Notes: generated by a model not told the origin, from the letters alone. 64,000 nucleotides of DNA from Octopus sinensis (GCF_006345805.1 NC_043008.1:64356001-64420000); one strand, 5' to 3'. Shown: positions 25,947 to 38,438, numbered from the stretch's first letter. Numbers and translations are program-made.

Positions 25947-26915
25947 AGGGAAATAAGTCATACCACCTACAGAATATTTTTAAAACACTTTGAACCAACG
26001 ATCAGCCGACCTAATTCTGCTTTTCACTACTCACAGTTTTGAACTGCTAAACATTATTATTGCACTTCCTTAATTTGAATCTCTTCATTCATACATTTCT
26101 ATACATACATACTTTTTGTGAATGCCCATTACTCCAATAATTCTGCATTTTTACAGTTACACTTTCTCTATGACAGTAGATAACTTTTTTTCTACCACGT
26201 ATTTGTAGTGGCTTCATGCAGGAATCGCGTAGATTCAATTCTCAATTGCCAAATTTCACTTCAACAGCGCTTTTCTCATGGTAAAACAATAGTTTTCCTA
26301 TAAATGACAACAGTTATACATTTCCCAGATGCCTCTGCTAAGCAGAATAATGTATTTGCCACTTGATCCTTCTAACCTCTTTTAGGCCACCAGGGGCGGG
26401 AATGGAGAAAACAGACCTCCAACGAAATCATTTGTTCTCAACAATATGTCTATCCTTCTGGCTGCTTTTCAATTGTTATAAAAAGAATTCTGTAAGCTAA
26501 ATGCAGTTAAGACAGCGACCACCAGTGAGTGTGAACGTTATTATTGTTCTTTCTTCTAACATTTCATTCATATATTTCTATACATATATACTACATTCAT
26601 ATATTACTTTTAATTAGCCTTCATAAAGTTCACATTTAAAATGCCACAACGAATCAGAGTATGACTGGGTGCTTATAGTTCACAAGCTGCTCTTATGTGA
26701 CAACGGAGATCTCAAGTAAATTTCTGATTCATTATGTTTCATATTTACAAAATAAAACAATTATTCTTCGTCTATTCTTATTTAATATCTAAACATTTGT
26801 ATACATATTGCTGTAATTAATTTACACATTGCATTAATAGACATTTTTTCGACATCTACAAATAACTAAATGCTGCCAATGCATGCAGGGTTTTGAATTA
26901 AATTTCATTCCACTA

Positions 26916-27750
26916 TGCAAGTCAATTGATACTGTGCTCCACACCAATGATGCTGTTCATTACCCTGTAGAATTCCTCAATAGCTTTGCACCTTCAGATC
27001 TACCACTGCTTGAATTGCATCTAAAGGTTGGAGCCCCAGGTATGCTTTTAAGAAACCTCAATCCTCCAAAATTATGCAATGGCACAATACTTATTATGAA
27101 AACATTGATGCAAGTAGTGTTGTAGGCAACAATACTGACTGGGAAAGCAAGTGGTGAAGATGTTTTCATTCCAAAGATTCCTCTGATTCCTTCCGACACA
27201 CAAATTGATTTCAAAAGGCTACAATTCCCACTGAGATTAAGTTTTGCAATGAGCATCAACAAAGCACAGGGTTAGACATTGGAAGTGGTAGGCCTTAATC
27301 TTGCAGGACCTGTTTTTTCTCACGGACAGCTCTATGTTGGATGGTCTAGAGTTGGAAATCCGGAAAATTTATTCCTCTATGCACCCAACAGCAAAACTAA
27401 AAACATTGTGTATCACAAAGCCCTGCAAGACTGAAATTTTAGAACAAAGATGCCTCTCCCTCAGACAACCTCTCTTGCCAACCCATGACAACCTCTCTCA
27501 CCAACCTCTGACAACCTCTCTCCCAACTTCTCTTGCAATCCTCCAAAAATCTTTCTAGACAACCTCCAAAAACCTCTCTGGACAACCTCCAACAGCACCT
27601 CCCGCTTCTAGCTGACAGTTTTTGTACATTTTCATGACACAAAATACACCTTTTCTGGCAGTTATAGCGAAATTGCTTTCTTATATCAGAGTAATAAGGC
27701 GTTTCAACAGAACTTCTTTACCCCAGGGAATTACTGGGTACACCAGCTAG
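26916..27750 (+). mobile_element. Helitron 3' fragment: PIF1-like helicase C-terminus, 3' hairpin and CTAG terminus
   Basis: YPVEFLNS...LKVGAPGMLLRNLNPPKLCNGT...FIPKIPLIPSD...LQFPLRLSFAMSINKAQG*TL...PVFSHGQLYVGWSRV with two in-frame TAG stops and TGA at 27432-27434; CCCAG-7nt-CTGGG hairpin then CTAG|T at 27747-27751. Confidence 0.92.
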
Positions 27751-27753
27751 TAT

Positions 27754-27788
<35 letters not shown>

Positions 27789-28488
27789 CCAGCAATTCTA
27801 AAGGTTATTTGACTTCATAGCACAAAAATATTACTGACAACCTCCGATGGAAAGTTTTATCAACGTAAGTAATTAAATTTCAAATTCATTGAAAAACAGC
27901 AAACTTATTGCTTTAGTTTTATTAATCATATTTGTGTATGCCAAAACTATGAAAACTATATTTTCCAAGATGGTCTAGCATTGGTAGGAATTTTCTAAAG
28001 CTTAGTAATATTCTGCAGTATGTTTAGATATCTTTTCTGATACACCAGTGTACTACAGTGCAGTTAGTTTATATCAGAGAATGTAATATATACTAATATA
28101 GCACCACTGATTCTGTTAACTTTCCAGTTGCTTATTTGATACTCGACCATACTTTTCCATATCAGCTCAGTCAATTGTGCCTTCATAAGCAATCTATATT
28201 CTAGAAAAATAGTAAATTAAGTGATATTGCTATTCTTTTGGATCCTATACATCACAGTAGAATCTAGAATATTTGGAAACAGAACAATTATATTCCTTAC
28301 TCTGATGTGCATCTATTCTTTATTTTTACAGCTATGCCAAACATATTGGCATATTCACATCAGCCTTGGGATTGGTTCTTACTTTTCTTTGATGCTGTTC
28401 ACAGAGTCTTTTGAAATTTCATCATAACTGATTGAAATAAATCTATGAAAAGAATGTTTATTGCAATAACAAGTTTTAATAACACCAA

Positions 28489-28654
28489 CTATTTACTCTC
28501 TACATTCAATCTCTTGTGAACTTTCGTCTTACATTGACACAGAACCAAATTATTAGTAGATCCAATTTCAGTCCCCACCAGTATATTATCTGAGTATATG
28601 TGCTGCCTTTGGGCCCACTGAAATGCCTTGAAATATTTTGAATACATGTATCTA
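28489..28654 (-). CDS. Candidate terminal coding exon (unverified)
   Basis: Pyrimidine-rich TCTCCTCTTATCATTCCAAG| acceptor, open frame RYMYSKYFKAFQWAQRQHIYSDNILVGTEIG...LNVESK*, and AATAAA about 27 nt after the stop. Confidence 0.2.
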
Positions 28655-29867
28655 CTTGGAATGATAAGAGGAGACAATTGTATATTACTTCATATCATTC
28701 TTTGTCCTCTATTGTTAAATATTGCTCTATATCTTTCATCTTTAGATTATCAGAAGTGATAGAGAGACTGTTATTGACAATCATCTTTTATATCACTTTT
28801 ATGAATCAATGACTGACTTGTTGTGTGGTCACTAGATCTGGCTAGTAATAGCAGCCAAATATTCCTTAAATTACACTCTACTATCTAAAGCCACGTACAC
28901 ATTGGACTTTATAGCCCATGGTACTATGTTTGAAAGTAAAATGGGAGAGCCATGACCAGAACGTCTTTCAAACTATGTCTACTGAATCAGGACAAACCTG
29001 AGGCCTATCTGTCAACTGTACAGAACTTAACTGAGGTTCACATATCTATTGTATCAGGGCTAATCTGAGACTGATATCTCTACTAGATCAAGACTAACTT
29101 CAAGCTGAAAAATACTGTAAATTTTCTTTTGCACTGCATTTTCCCTCACTATCTACAGGCTTACTGCAACTTGAGCCATTTTAAGTTATGTCTCTTTTGA
29201 CTTTACATCATTTCTTTCAAGAACTTAATGGAAAAAATAAGCCTCAACTTTAATCAATTTATCTGACTGTTCATTGGTCTCAGAAAACATTTAAAAGCTT
29301 AAAAAAATTAAAAAGTCACCTTAAAACCAATATTGAAATGGAAAAAAAAAACTATATGTAGTACAAGTGGGATATGTACATACCATTTATTAAAACAGAT
29401 GTAAGCCAATAATTTTTTTAAATACTTTTCTGTGTAACATCGTTTTTTCAGTTAATGCACATGTCTTCGAATCAATTACCAATGTAAGTAGAGATATACT
29501 TATATGTATTTTCCTTTCTTCACTCTCTTCTCGCTCATTCGTTTTGCAAACTAACAATAAAGATTTTGGACAGCCACGTTCCATTGTGGTTTACTTTTCT
29601 GGTGTAAAACTCACTCGCATTTAAAAGTTTTTAGAAAACCACCGTAATGCTACCTTTTAATACAACTAAACACTCTGGCAAGATAAAATGTGGAAAGCCA
29701 ATCTTCTTGAAAAAATTACATTTCAGAATTTTGGACTATTCACTTAGCTTTGGAATTTGGCTATTGCCATATCTACTCACTCTAATGCTCTTCCATTCTC
29801 AACTCAAGTAATTGGTTCCACTAACCCTATTTTTTCTTAAGAATATGTTGTCTTTGCAATTGAAGTA

Positions 29868-30431
29868 TTGGGTTGTCTGGAAAGCTCGTGCCAATTTTTA
29901 AAGGAAAGAAAAAGGACAATAAATACTTGCCATTACATTTTAATCAACCAAATATGAACCATTTTGTTGCACAATGCGTCTCCATCTTTCCTTTAACTTG
30001 AAAATACCTTCTTCCCAGAATTGAAGTGGTTTCATGGTAAAGAATTCATAAGGTATCTTTTTATGTCATCCAAGGAATTGAAATTTTTACCATTAAGACT
30101 ATTCTGCAGAGGCCTGAATAAGTGGAAATGCAAAGGAGCAACATCTGGTAAATATGGAGGGTGGAGTAACACATCCCAGCCGAGCTGCAGCAATTTTTGT
30201 CTGGTTCCCAAAGCATCAAGTGCCGAAAATGCACTTTCTTATCTTCCATTTTAAAGGGTTACAGAATTAACACAGGTTATAGGAACATAGACCTTCTTCC
30301 ACAAAAAGATAGCTTAAACTGTGCTCTAAATGGAGGTGTAGTCAAATCCTATTTTATGGACTCAACCATGTTCTAAAATAAGTCGAACTGTAAGCTACTA
30401 TAAATTGGCACGAACTTTCCAGACAACCCAA
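29868..30431 (-). mobile_element. 564-bp internally deleted mariner with intact TIRs and TA target duplication
   Basis: TA|TTGGGTTGTCTGGAAAG(C/T)TCGTGCCAATTT at both ends (one mismatch in 30 nt); MEDKKVHFRHLMLWE joined to KLLQLGWDVLLHPPYLPDVAP...WEEGIFKLKERWRRIVQQNGSY. Confidence 0.92.
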
Positions 30432-31015
30432 TATTTTCATTAATAAATTTCACACTTTAGTTTTTAAATCAGCCATATCCAGCCAAAACATATTTGTTTG
30501 TGTTCAAACTGGCTGAATACAGTCTCTTACACCTACCTGACAGTGTCATACTAAAAGTAAACAATCACATCATTGAAATCTCAAAGCCACACGATAATGC
30601 TTGATTAATTCAAAGCAATGGGAATAAACAAGCATTACATTTGACCAAGTAATCTGGATGCTAAAGAAGTAACAGATTCAAGCAAGCCAAAATTTCATTT
30701 TACATATACCCTTCTTTTTAAAAAACAAAAATAAAGGGTCTAGCTATGTAGGGGTGTGTTGTCTTTCTGTCAGTTCTACTGCTGCAGCAAAATACTACTC
30801 TTTGGAACTTGCTGTTTGTAACTTACCTTTAATCTGAACTAACCTATTTCACCTATTTTGGTACATTTGTATTTCCAGCCATTGTTTCTTTCTTTCCACC
30901 CGAGACAACAACTGAAATCTTATTCCTGTTGTTTTGAATTATACCCTTTTTATGTTCTAATGGGGTCTGCGTTTTAGAAAGGGGGTCTATGTGTGTGTGA
31001 GAAAATGGTAAGTGT

Positions 31016-31416
31016 GTGACTGACAGAGTAATAGAAGCTAGAAGGCCTGATTTGGTAGTAGTAGATAAAGAGAATAGAAAGTGCCAGATAATTGAATTTA
31101 CTCTCGTCCATATGATGATGAAATTAATATGAGAAGTATAGAAAAAATAACCTAGCTGTTGAATTGCAGAGACTATGGAAAGTGTAAGTAAAATGTATCC
31201 CAGTAGTTATAGGTGCATTCGGAACTATCTCTAATGATCTGAACAGATGGATAAGAGGAAATAGGCATAAAATCCAGTTTAGTACAGCTGCAGAAAACTG
31301 TGTTATTAGGAACAGCTAGGATACTTAAGGAGGGTTCTTGGCATCTAAGGTTACTTGCTGTAGCCCAATGTTAGGATTCTTTTCTTTTCCAACAGTCTAA
31401 GCTGTTGAGCGTATAT
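31016..31416 (+). mobile_element. 3' fragment of an RLE-endonuclease non-LTR retrotransposon (R4/Dong-like)
   Basis: TDRVIEARRPDLVVVDKENRKCQIIEF...PYD...LAVELQRLWK...IPVVIGAFG...LQKTVLLGTARIL, i.e. the PD-(D/E)xK restriction-like endonuclease end; followed by (CTA)n(TAA)n. Confidence 0.85.
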
Positions 31417-31417
31417 G

Positions 31418-31512
<95 letters not shown>

Positions 31513-31754
31513 TAACAATAATAATATTTCAAGATTGAAGTTACTCTTCACAAAAGTAAAGAAACAAGAAGAGCACAACTGTTATAGGTAATAAATAAAG
31601 ATTGACTCTGTTTATTAAAAGGAAAATGAAATGAATGGACAATATTTCGACACTCTGTGTGTCTTTTACATGTTCAAATTATAAAATGAAATTAAATTCA
31701 AAGAAGAAGAAGAACAATAACAACAACAACAACAACAACAATGATATTAATTCT

Positions 31755-32470
31755 TTCTAATTTTCACACAAGGCTAGCAATTTTAGGAGGCAGTTAGTTG
31801 ATTACATTGACCTCCAAGTACTTGACAGGTAGTCATTTTATCAGCCTTGGAAGGATGAAAAAGTAAAGATGACCTCAGCTGAATTTGAACTCAGAATGTG
31901 AAGAGCCAGAAAAATGCTACCAAGTATTTTGTCCAATGTGCTGATGATTCTGAAAGCTCCAAAGCTTAATGCTAATTATAATTCTTTCAACTACAGGCAC
32001 AAGTTCTATATTTAGCAACAAACAAGATGAGGACAAATATCCATCAAATGTAAACAATGTAAATAATGTATGGCACAAGGCCTGAAATTTAGTGGGAAAG
32101 GATTAGTTAATAGCATCAACCCCCAGTCTTCGACTTTAAAATATCGACCCTGAATGAATGGAAGACAAAGTCCTCAGTAGTATTTTGAGTGTAGTAGATG
32201 AAGAATCAAGAGAAATGCTGCAAAGTATTTTGTCCAACATGTTAATGATTCTGTCCCTTTCTTATTTGGGCACACAGCAGCAATTTTGAGGGATGAGGAA
32301 GTTGATTATATTGACCCCAAGTTCTCAATTGCTATTTATTTTATTGACCCCTGAAAGGGTGAATGGCATAGTATACCTCAGCAAAATTTGAACTTAGAAC
32401 ATAGAAACAGATTAAATGCCATGTAGCATTTTGTCAGACATGTAAACAATTCTACCAACTCACCATCTTA
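31755..32470 (-). mobile_element. Three diverged SINE family A copies
   Basis: Reverse-complement bodies (AATTTGAACTCAGAA, GGATGAAA...GACCTCAGC) at about 31755-31965, 32075-32250 and 32265-32470. Confidence 0.6.
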
Positions 32471-32516
32471 ATAAAAATTAAAATAATGATAATAATAATA
32501 ATAATAATACTAATAC

Positions 32517-32586
<70 letters not shown>

Positions 32587-32587
<1 letters not shown>

Positions 32588-33140
32588 GCCCTGATGCAGT
32601 ACCAGGCAGTGGCTCTCATGGCTTCTGATCTTAACTGATTGGAAGTGTTATCATGTACATTGTTTTGTCTTGGTATAAAAGATGGGCTACAGCAAATATT
32701 CTGCTCAATACCACAGATTTGCTTGTCAGTTGTTTGACCTTAACCAGTTGAGCATGTCCCTTAGTGGCTGACGATATGTGCATCTCTGATCACGAGCAGA
32801 AGTAGTGGGGGAGCATCATAGCCATGTGTGAGAGGGATTCTTTGGGGTTTGAATAGTTCACCTCTGGAAACATGGGTGGTTCTTTCAACATCCTTAAACA
32901 ACCCTTATTCAGGGACCGTTTGAGCAGGATGGGCTACTCAAAATGAAGAAAATTCTAACTGGGCCCCACCTGCAAGGTCATGTGCTGTTTATCTTGATAT
33001 GAGATCACCATGTCGCGCACATATGGTTGTGATGCATGTGCCTGGTGTACCTTTATCAGACGGGTAGTCATGATGGGTATATTGGGCTTCGTATATTTTA
33101 CCCCAGTGTCACTTTGATGGCATGAACTGCTCTCTCACTC
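32587..33140. mobile_element. 554-bp non-coding element inserted in an (AAT)n microsatellite
   Basis: Complex sequence, higher in GC than its flanks, sharply bounded by pure (AAT)n on both sides; no TIR, no ORF of 60 aa or more, no Pol III boxes seen. Confidence 0.55.
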
Positions 33141-33181
<41 letters not shown>

Positions 33182-33184
33182 ACT

Positions 33185-33395
33185 TTTCTGCTCTAGACAC
33201 AGGGCCTGAAGGTAGTGGGGGACTAATCAATTACAATGACCTCAGTTCTTGACTGATATTTATTTTATCGACCCTGAGAAGAATGAAAGGCAAGGTCGAC
33301 AACAGTGGAATTTGAACTCAGAACATAAAGCCAGAAGCCATGCCATGAAGCATTTTGTTCTGACTGTTAACAAATCTACCAGTATGCCACTTGGT
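33185..33395 (-). mobile_element. SINE family A copy, 3' end abutting (TTA)n
   Basis: Reverse-complement body GAATGAAAGGCAAGGTCGAC...AATTTGAACTCAGAAC; tail CAGGCCCTGTGTCTAGAGCAGAAAAG. Confidence 0.65.
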
Positions 33396-34025
33396 AGATA
33401 TAATAATAATATAAACATGACACAAAATAGATGAAAAATTTTTTAAACATACCAAAGCCTCAATTTAGCTTAAATATCGATGTATTGAAATACAGTTGAT
33501 TGCTTCACCCTTTTAGTGACTCAATTTTCAACTAAACAAACATATTTGAAATGTTATGAAAATATGACTTTTATAATACAAAAATTGGCTTTCTACATTC
33601 AAATTGATTCTTGTACAGGAAAATATCGATATAATCCATTTCAATAATGTACTTGAAATATCAATTTGATTATGGTCGAGATATAGATAATATCTCACTG
33701 GTAATAATCACAACAGTTGACAAATTTATTATCGTTTAATGTTTCTACATTAAATAGCAAAATTTGGATTATATTTTCCTGTATATTTTTGTCTTTGGTT
33801 ATTTCCTTTAATGTCAGTGCCATTAGTTGCTTCATCATTAGTATGTTTTGATACACCATAAAAGTTTACCATCTCAGTCAGACTAGTATTATCTGATTTA
33901 TGGAGATTTTGATCATATTTTGTATTAAAAATGATTCCCATGTTTAAAAATAATTCCCATGAGTTTTTGGTGATATTTCTCCCAGTGTCTGTCTTGTGTA
34001 TATTTTACTGTTGTCTATAATGAAC

Positions 34026-34454
34026 TTCACAGTTTCATAGTCAGTTTCTCTTGTATTAAGTAGCTTCACACCAGTATAATCTTTATGTCTGTCTCATAAT
34101 TAAAATAAGATACTATAAACTGCATATTTATTCATAATGTGGTGTAGCAGGAGCCAACATGCATATGCTAATTGCTATTGTGTTTTGTCAGAGGGAGCCT
34201 ACTTCTTTATGACAAATATATGTTCATAACATACCTGATTCACAATTTCATAGTCTGTTTCTCTTGTATTAAGTAGCTTCACACCAGTATAATCTTTATG
34301 TCTGTCTCATAATTAAAATCAGATACTATAAACTGCATATTTATTCATAATGTGGGGTAGCAGGAGCCAACAAGCATATGCTAATTGCTATCGTGTTTTG
34401 TCAGAGGGAACCTGCTTCTTCTTTATGACAAATATATGTTCATAACATACCTGA
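34026..34454. repeat. Local tandem duplication, about 213-216-bp unit, two copies
   Basis: 34026-34238 and 34239-34454 are nearly identical. Confidence 0.9.
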
Positions 34455-34525
34455 TTCATTAGTACAAGAGATTCCAAGACAGTTGGTGTCTCAAAATTGT
34501 TGTGTCCTATCAGCCTGAAACACAT
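34451..34525 (-). CDS. Candidate 75-nt internal exon (unverified)
   Basis: CTTTTATTTTACTCTCCAG| acceptor and CAG|GTATGT donor; only frame 0 is open (MCFRLIGHNNFETPTVLESLVLMNQ). Confidence 0.3.
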
Positions 34526-34798
34526 CTGGAGAGTAAAATAAAAGCTGATCTCTGTTGACAATACACTACATGAATTAATATAATCACGTCCAAATACGCT
34601 GAAATGCATATTTAGTATAAATATGTGAGTCATTGTTTTGATTCTTCCTGTTAATTATGCTTTATTATAGAATAAACATAATTATGGGAGACAAAGTCAA
34701 GCTCTAAGACTGGCAGAAGAAACAGATTTTGATGAAAAACCATTTCTAAATCTGATCATTGAAGGCACTTTTATCAAAATTTTATTATATACTGCTTG

Positions 34799-34888
<90 letters not shown>

Positions 34889-35839
34889 AAAGAAATACTT
34901 CATAAAATATATAAAAATCATGGAAAGATGTCTGCACCAAAAAACTCTGTCTACACACTTAATGCAAATTGATATAATGGAGAAAGCAAACTTGTTGGAA
35001 AGAAGAACATGTCAACAAGTAGAAACTTGGAACTTAATAAAAAATTTTTTCTATCTAATTGTTACTTTTACACAGAGCAAGTGTATCTAAGCACATATGC
35101 AACCACTTCAGAAAGAAACTGCACAGTATAGTTATGTATGAATAAACACACACACACATACACCCACATGCATGTATATTGTATATGTGTAATTGTATAT
35201 ATGTATGCATATATGTCCATGTGGTTAAGAAGTTGTAGGGTTTTTTTTCAGTGTAAGGCTCAGTTGGCTTGTATCTTCAACTCTGTCCACAGGTTGACCA
35301 ATGCTTCATCAGGGAATTAGTCGGGATAAACCCTAAAAAGTTTGCCATTTGTGTGTGAGTCCTTTCTTTGTCAGATTATTGAACTATTTGCCGTGCAAGT
35401 ATTGTCTTGCTTGGAAACAAGCAAGGTTTGGCAACAGGAACAGCATTCCTACTTAGAAATGCTAGCCTCAAAAAATTTCTTCCAACCCACCAAACCATGG
35501 AAGAGTGGATGCTAAAGCCATAACAATGGTTATACACACATACACACATACACACACACACACACACATATAGATAGATGGAAAGTTAGATAGAAAGATA
35601 CATCTATACATCCATACATGCATTCATACATCGCTAGCCATTACACATTCCTTATTTTCTCTCCTTGTTTCTTTCTGTGTTCCTTTATGTAGAAGAGCAT
35701 AGGCTCAAAACGTTAAAGACTTTTTCACTTCCCGAGTGTTAAACTAATACATCTGTTTGTTGTCTACACCACCTGTCTTCGTCTTTTGTTTTTTGTAAAT
35801 TCCCCACCCCTAGATATGCTTTCATATATATATATATAT

Positions 35840-36368
35840 TGGCACCCATGCAAATCTCCCTTCATTGGACACTAAACTCTGCTTGTGAAGACCTGTTGGG
35901 GCAAGTGAAATCGAAATTGAACCAAATTCGGTGACTGCCATTCATGCCAGAGCAGCTGTCTGGCTTCCATGCTGGTGGACACATAAAAAGCACCATTTGA
36001 GCGTGATCGTTACCAGCATCACCTTACTGGTACTTGTGCCGGTGGCACATGAACAAAACATTAGAGCGAGGTCATTGCCAGTGCTGCTGGACCAACCCCT
36101 GTGCAGGTGGCATTTAAAAAACACCATTTCGAGCATGGCTGTTGCCAGTACCGCTAGACTGGCCCTAGTGCTGGTGGCATGTAAAAGCACCCACTACACT
36201 CTCAGAGTGGTTGGCGTTAAGAAGGGCATCCAGCTGTAGAAACTCTGCCAGGTCAGATTGAAGCCTGGCGCAGCCATCTGGTTTGCCAGTCGTCAGTCAA
36301 ATCATCCAACCCATGCCAGCATGGAAAGCGGACGTTAACTGATGATGATGATGATGATGATAATGATG

Positions 36369-36400
<32 letters not shown>

Positions 36401-36418
36401 GATGATGATGATGATGAG
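35840..36418 (+). mobile_element. RTE 3'UTR-derived element with internal tandem subrepeats and (GAT)n tail
   Basis: Ends AAGGGCATCCAGCTGTAGAAAC...GCATGGAAAGCGGACGTTAA(CTGAT)(GAT)n, the same 3' end as the RTE copy at 370-1362. Confidence 0.85.
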
Positions 36419-37789
36419 AATGATATTTCACATTTGCTAAAACCAAATATATAAGCTTCTTTCCTGCAATGATATATTTCATTTGTAAAGATTGCTGCAA
36501 GACATTTTAGCTAATTAACAAATCATATTCAAAAGCAAATGCACCAAAGAATTCTGTGTACACAGTTTTGTGACAGAGAGGAAAAAATGCTTACACCTCA
36601 TTAATTTTCTGCTACAATTTCCTTAAGAAATAGAGAGAGATTTGCACATAATATTATAGCGAAACTTGAACTAACTGTGTCTGTTAAGAGAGCCAAAGCT
36701 CTGGTGTTCACTTGAGTCACTAGTTGTACTAAGTTCTGTAGAAAAGCTAATATATGAAACCATTTTAACAGAAATTGCAAGTTGACAAATATGGAACATT
36801 TCTCTTGGAATCTAATTTAAGAAAAAATTTTTAAATGGTAGTTTTAAAGGCTGAACATTTTCAAAGATTACTAAGCATAAAAAAAAGATGCAGTTTAATG
36901 CAATGATGGCATATATTGCAATAAGTGATTGAATAAATAAATGAATAAAAATATAAAATGGCTGAAAACGCTATGGCAAACATAAAAATAAGTATGATAA
37001 AATGTAAAGTACACTAATGCAAAGCAGGTATTTCAGTTAAATTTTTTTACTGAAAATTTTACAATTACACATACCAAAAAAAAGAATAAAATAAATAAAT
37101 AAAACAACCAAAGGAAGAAAGGAATGAAAATTAACATAAAGAGAAAAATAAAACAAATTTTTTTTTAATAGTAAAAATCTATAAATTTCAGTGAAAGAAA
37201 TGGAACACTATTTTAAAAGCATTTAATATTCTAAAGCACATAATAATTAATTAGAGAAGCTGACATTCCATTGAGAGCTGAGACAGAAGAGTCAAAAACT
37301 CAGTAGTAGTATAGACAAATATACTGGCAAATAGCACTTCTTTTTACCAGCAATTCACTGTGCATGAAATCAAGACAACACATAACTTTAAAGAATAACT
37401 AAGATGTATATTTATATCTAGATGAACCATTAAGTTCATGCAAATATAAACAAGTACTTTAAGGTGATATTATTCACTTCGATAACCAGCACAGCAATAA
37501 AAGACACATAAATGGTTTTGCTGAGTGTATAAAAATTAAATTTGAGCTAACGCTCTATGTGAAGTATGGGCAATGTTTTTGAAGACGTAGGTAACATATG
37601 GCAGGACTCACCATAAGATGGGTTGCATAATTAAACAAATTCAATGTAATTTTTCATCAGGTATGCCATTTAGACATTCCTACCGACTGCAGTTAGCCTA
37701 AGACTGTTCCAAGTACGTGAAATGGAATGGTTGTTTTAAACAAATATATGTATTATCCTGTGGATTGCAACATAATGATTATATAGTTA

Positions 37790-37801
37790 TAGTATTAGTA
37801 T

Positions 37802-37855
<54 letters not shown>

Positions 37856-38098
37856 CAGCAGCAGCAGCAGAAGCAGTAGCAGTAGCATTAATAGTTGCAT
37901 CGTTGTTGTCTTCTTCTTCTTCTTCTTCTTCTTCTTCTTCTCTCTTCTTCTTCTTCTTCTTCTTCTTCTTCTTCTTCTCCTCTTCTTCTTCTTCTTCTTC
38001 TTCTTCTTCTTCTCCTCCTTCTTCTTCTTCTTCTTCTTCTTCTTCTTCTTCTTCTTCTTCTTCTCTTCTTCTTCTTCTTCTTCTTCTTCTTCTTCTTC
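37790..38098. repeat. Compound (TAG)n(CAG)n/(TTC)n microsatellite
   Basis: Directly visible. Confidence 0.95.
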
Positions 38099-38438
38099 CA
38101 ATCAGGGCTCACGCCAGTAGCCACAAAGAATAATCTCTAATTCAAGCCTACTCTAAGCTACTAACAATGCATGTGGTAACTTGAAGATCCACCCACCACA
38201 TGCGATAGACTGGAAGTTGCATGGGTGCGAAAGCTACGTTGTTATCCTCATTCTATAAACGGTGGCTTTTAATGGGTGGAGAGCTGAACCATCCTGGGGT
38301 ACAGAGGATTTGCAATTTAGACTAGGGTCTGAAAGTTTACCACACCATAGTGGGTTACACTATGGTTCCTCTGCTTTGTGGCAGAAGTAGGAAGAAAGAG
38401 TGAGAGAAAGTTATGGTGAAAGAGTACAGCAGGGTTAT

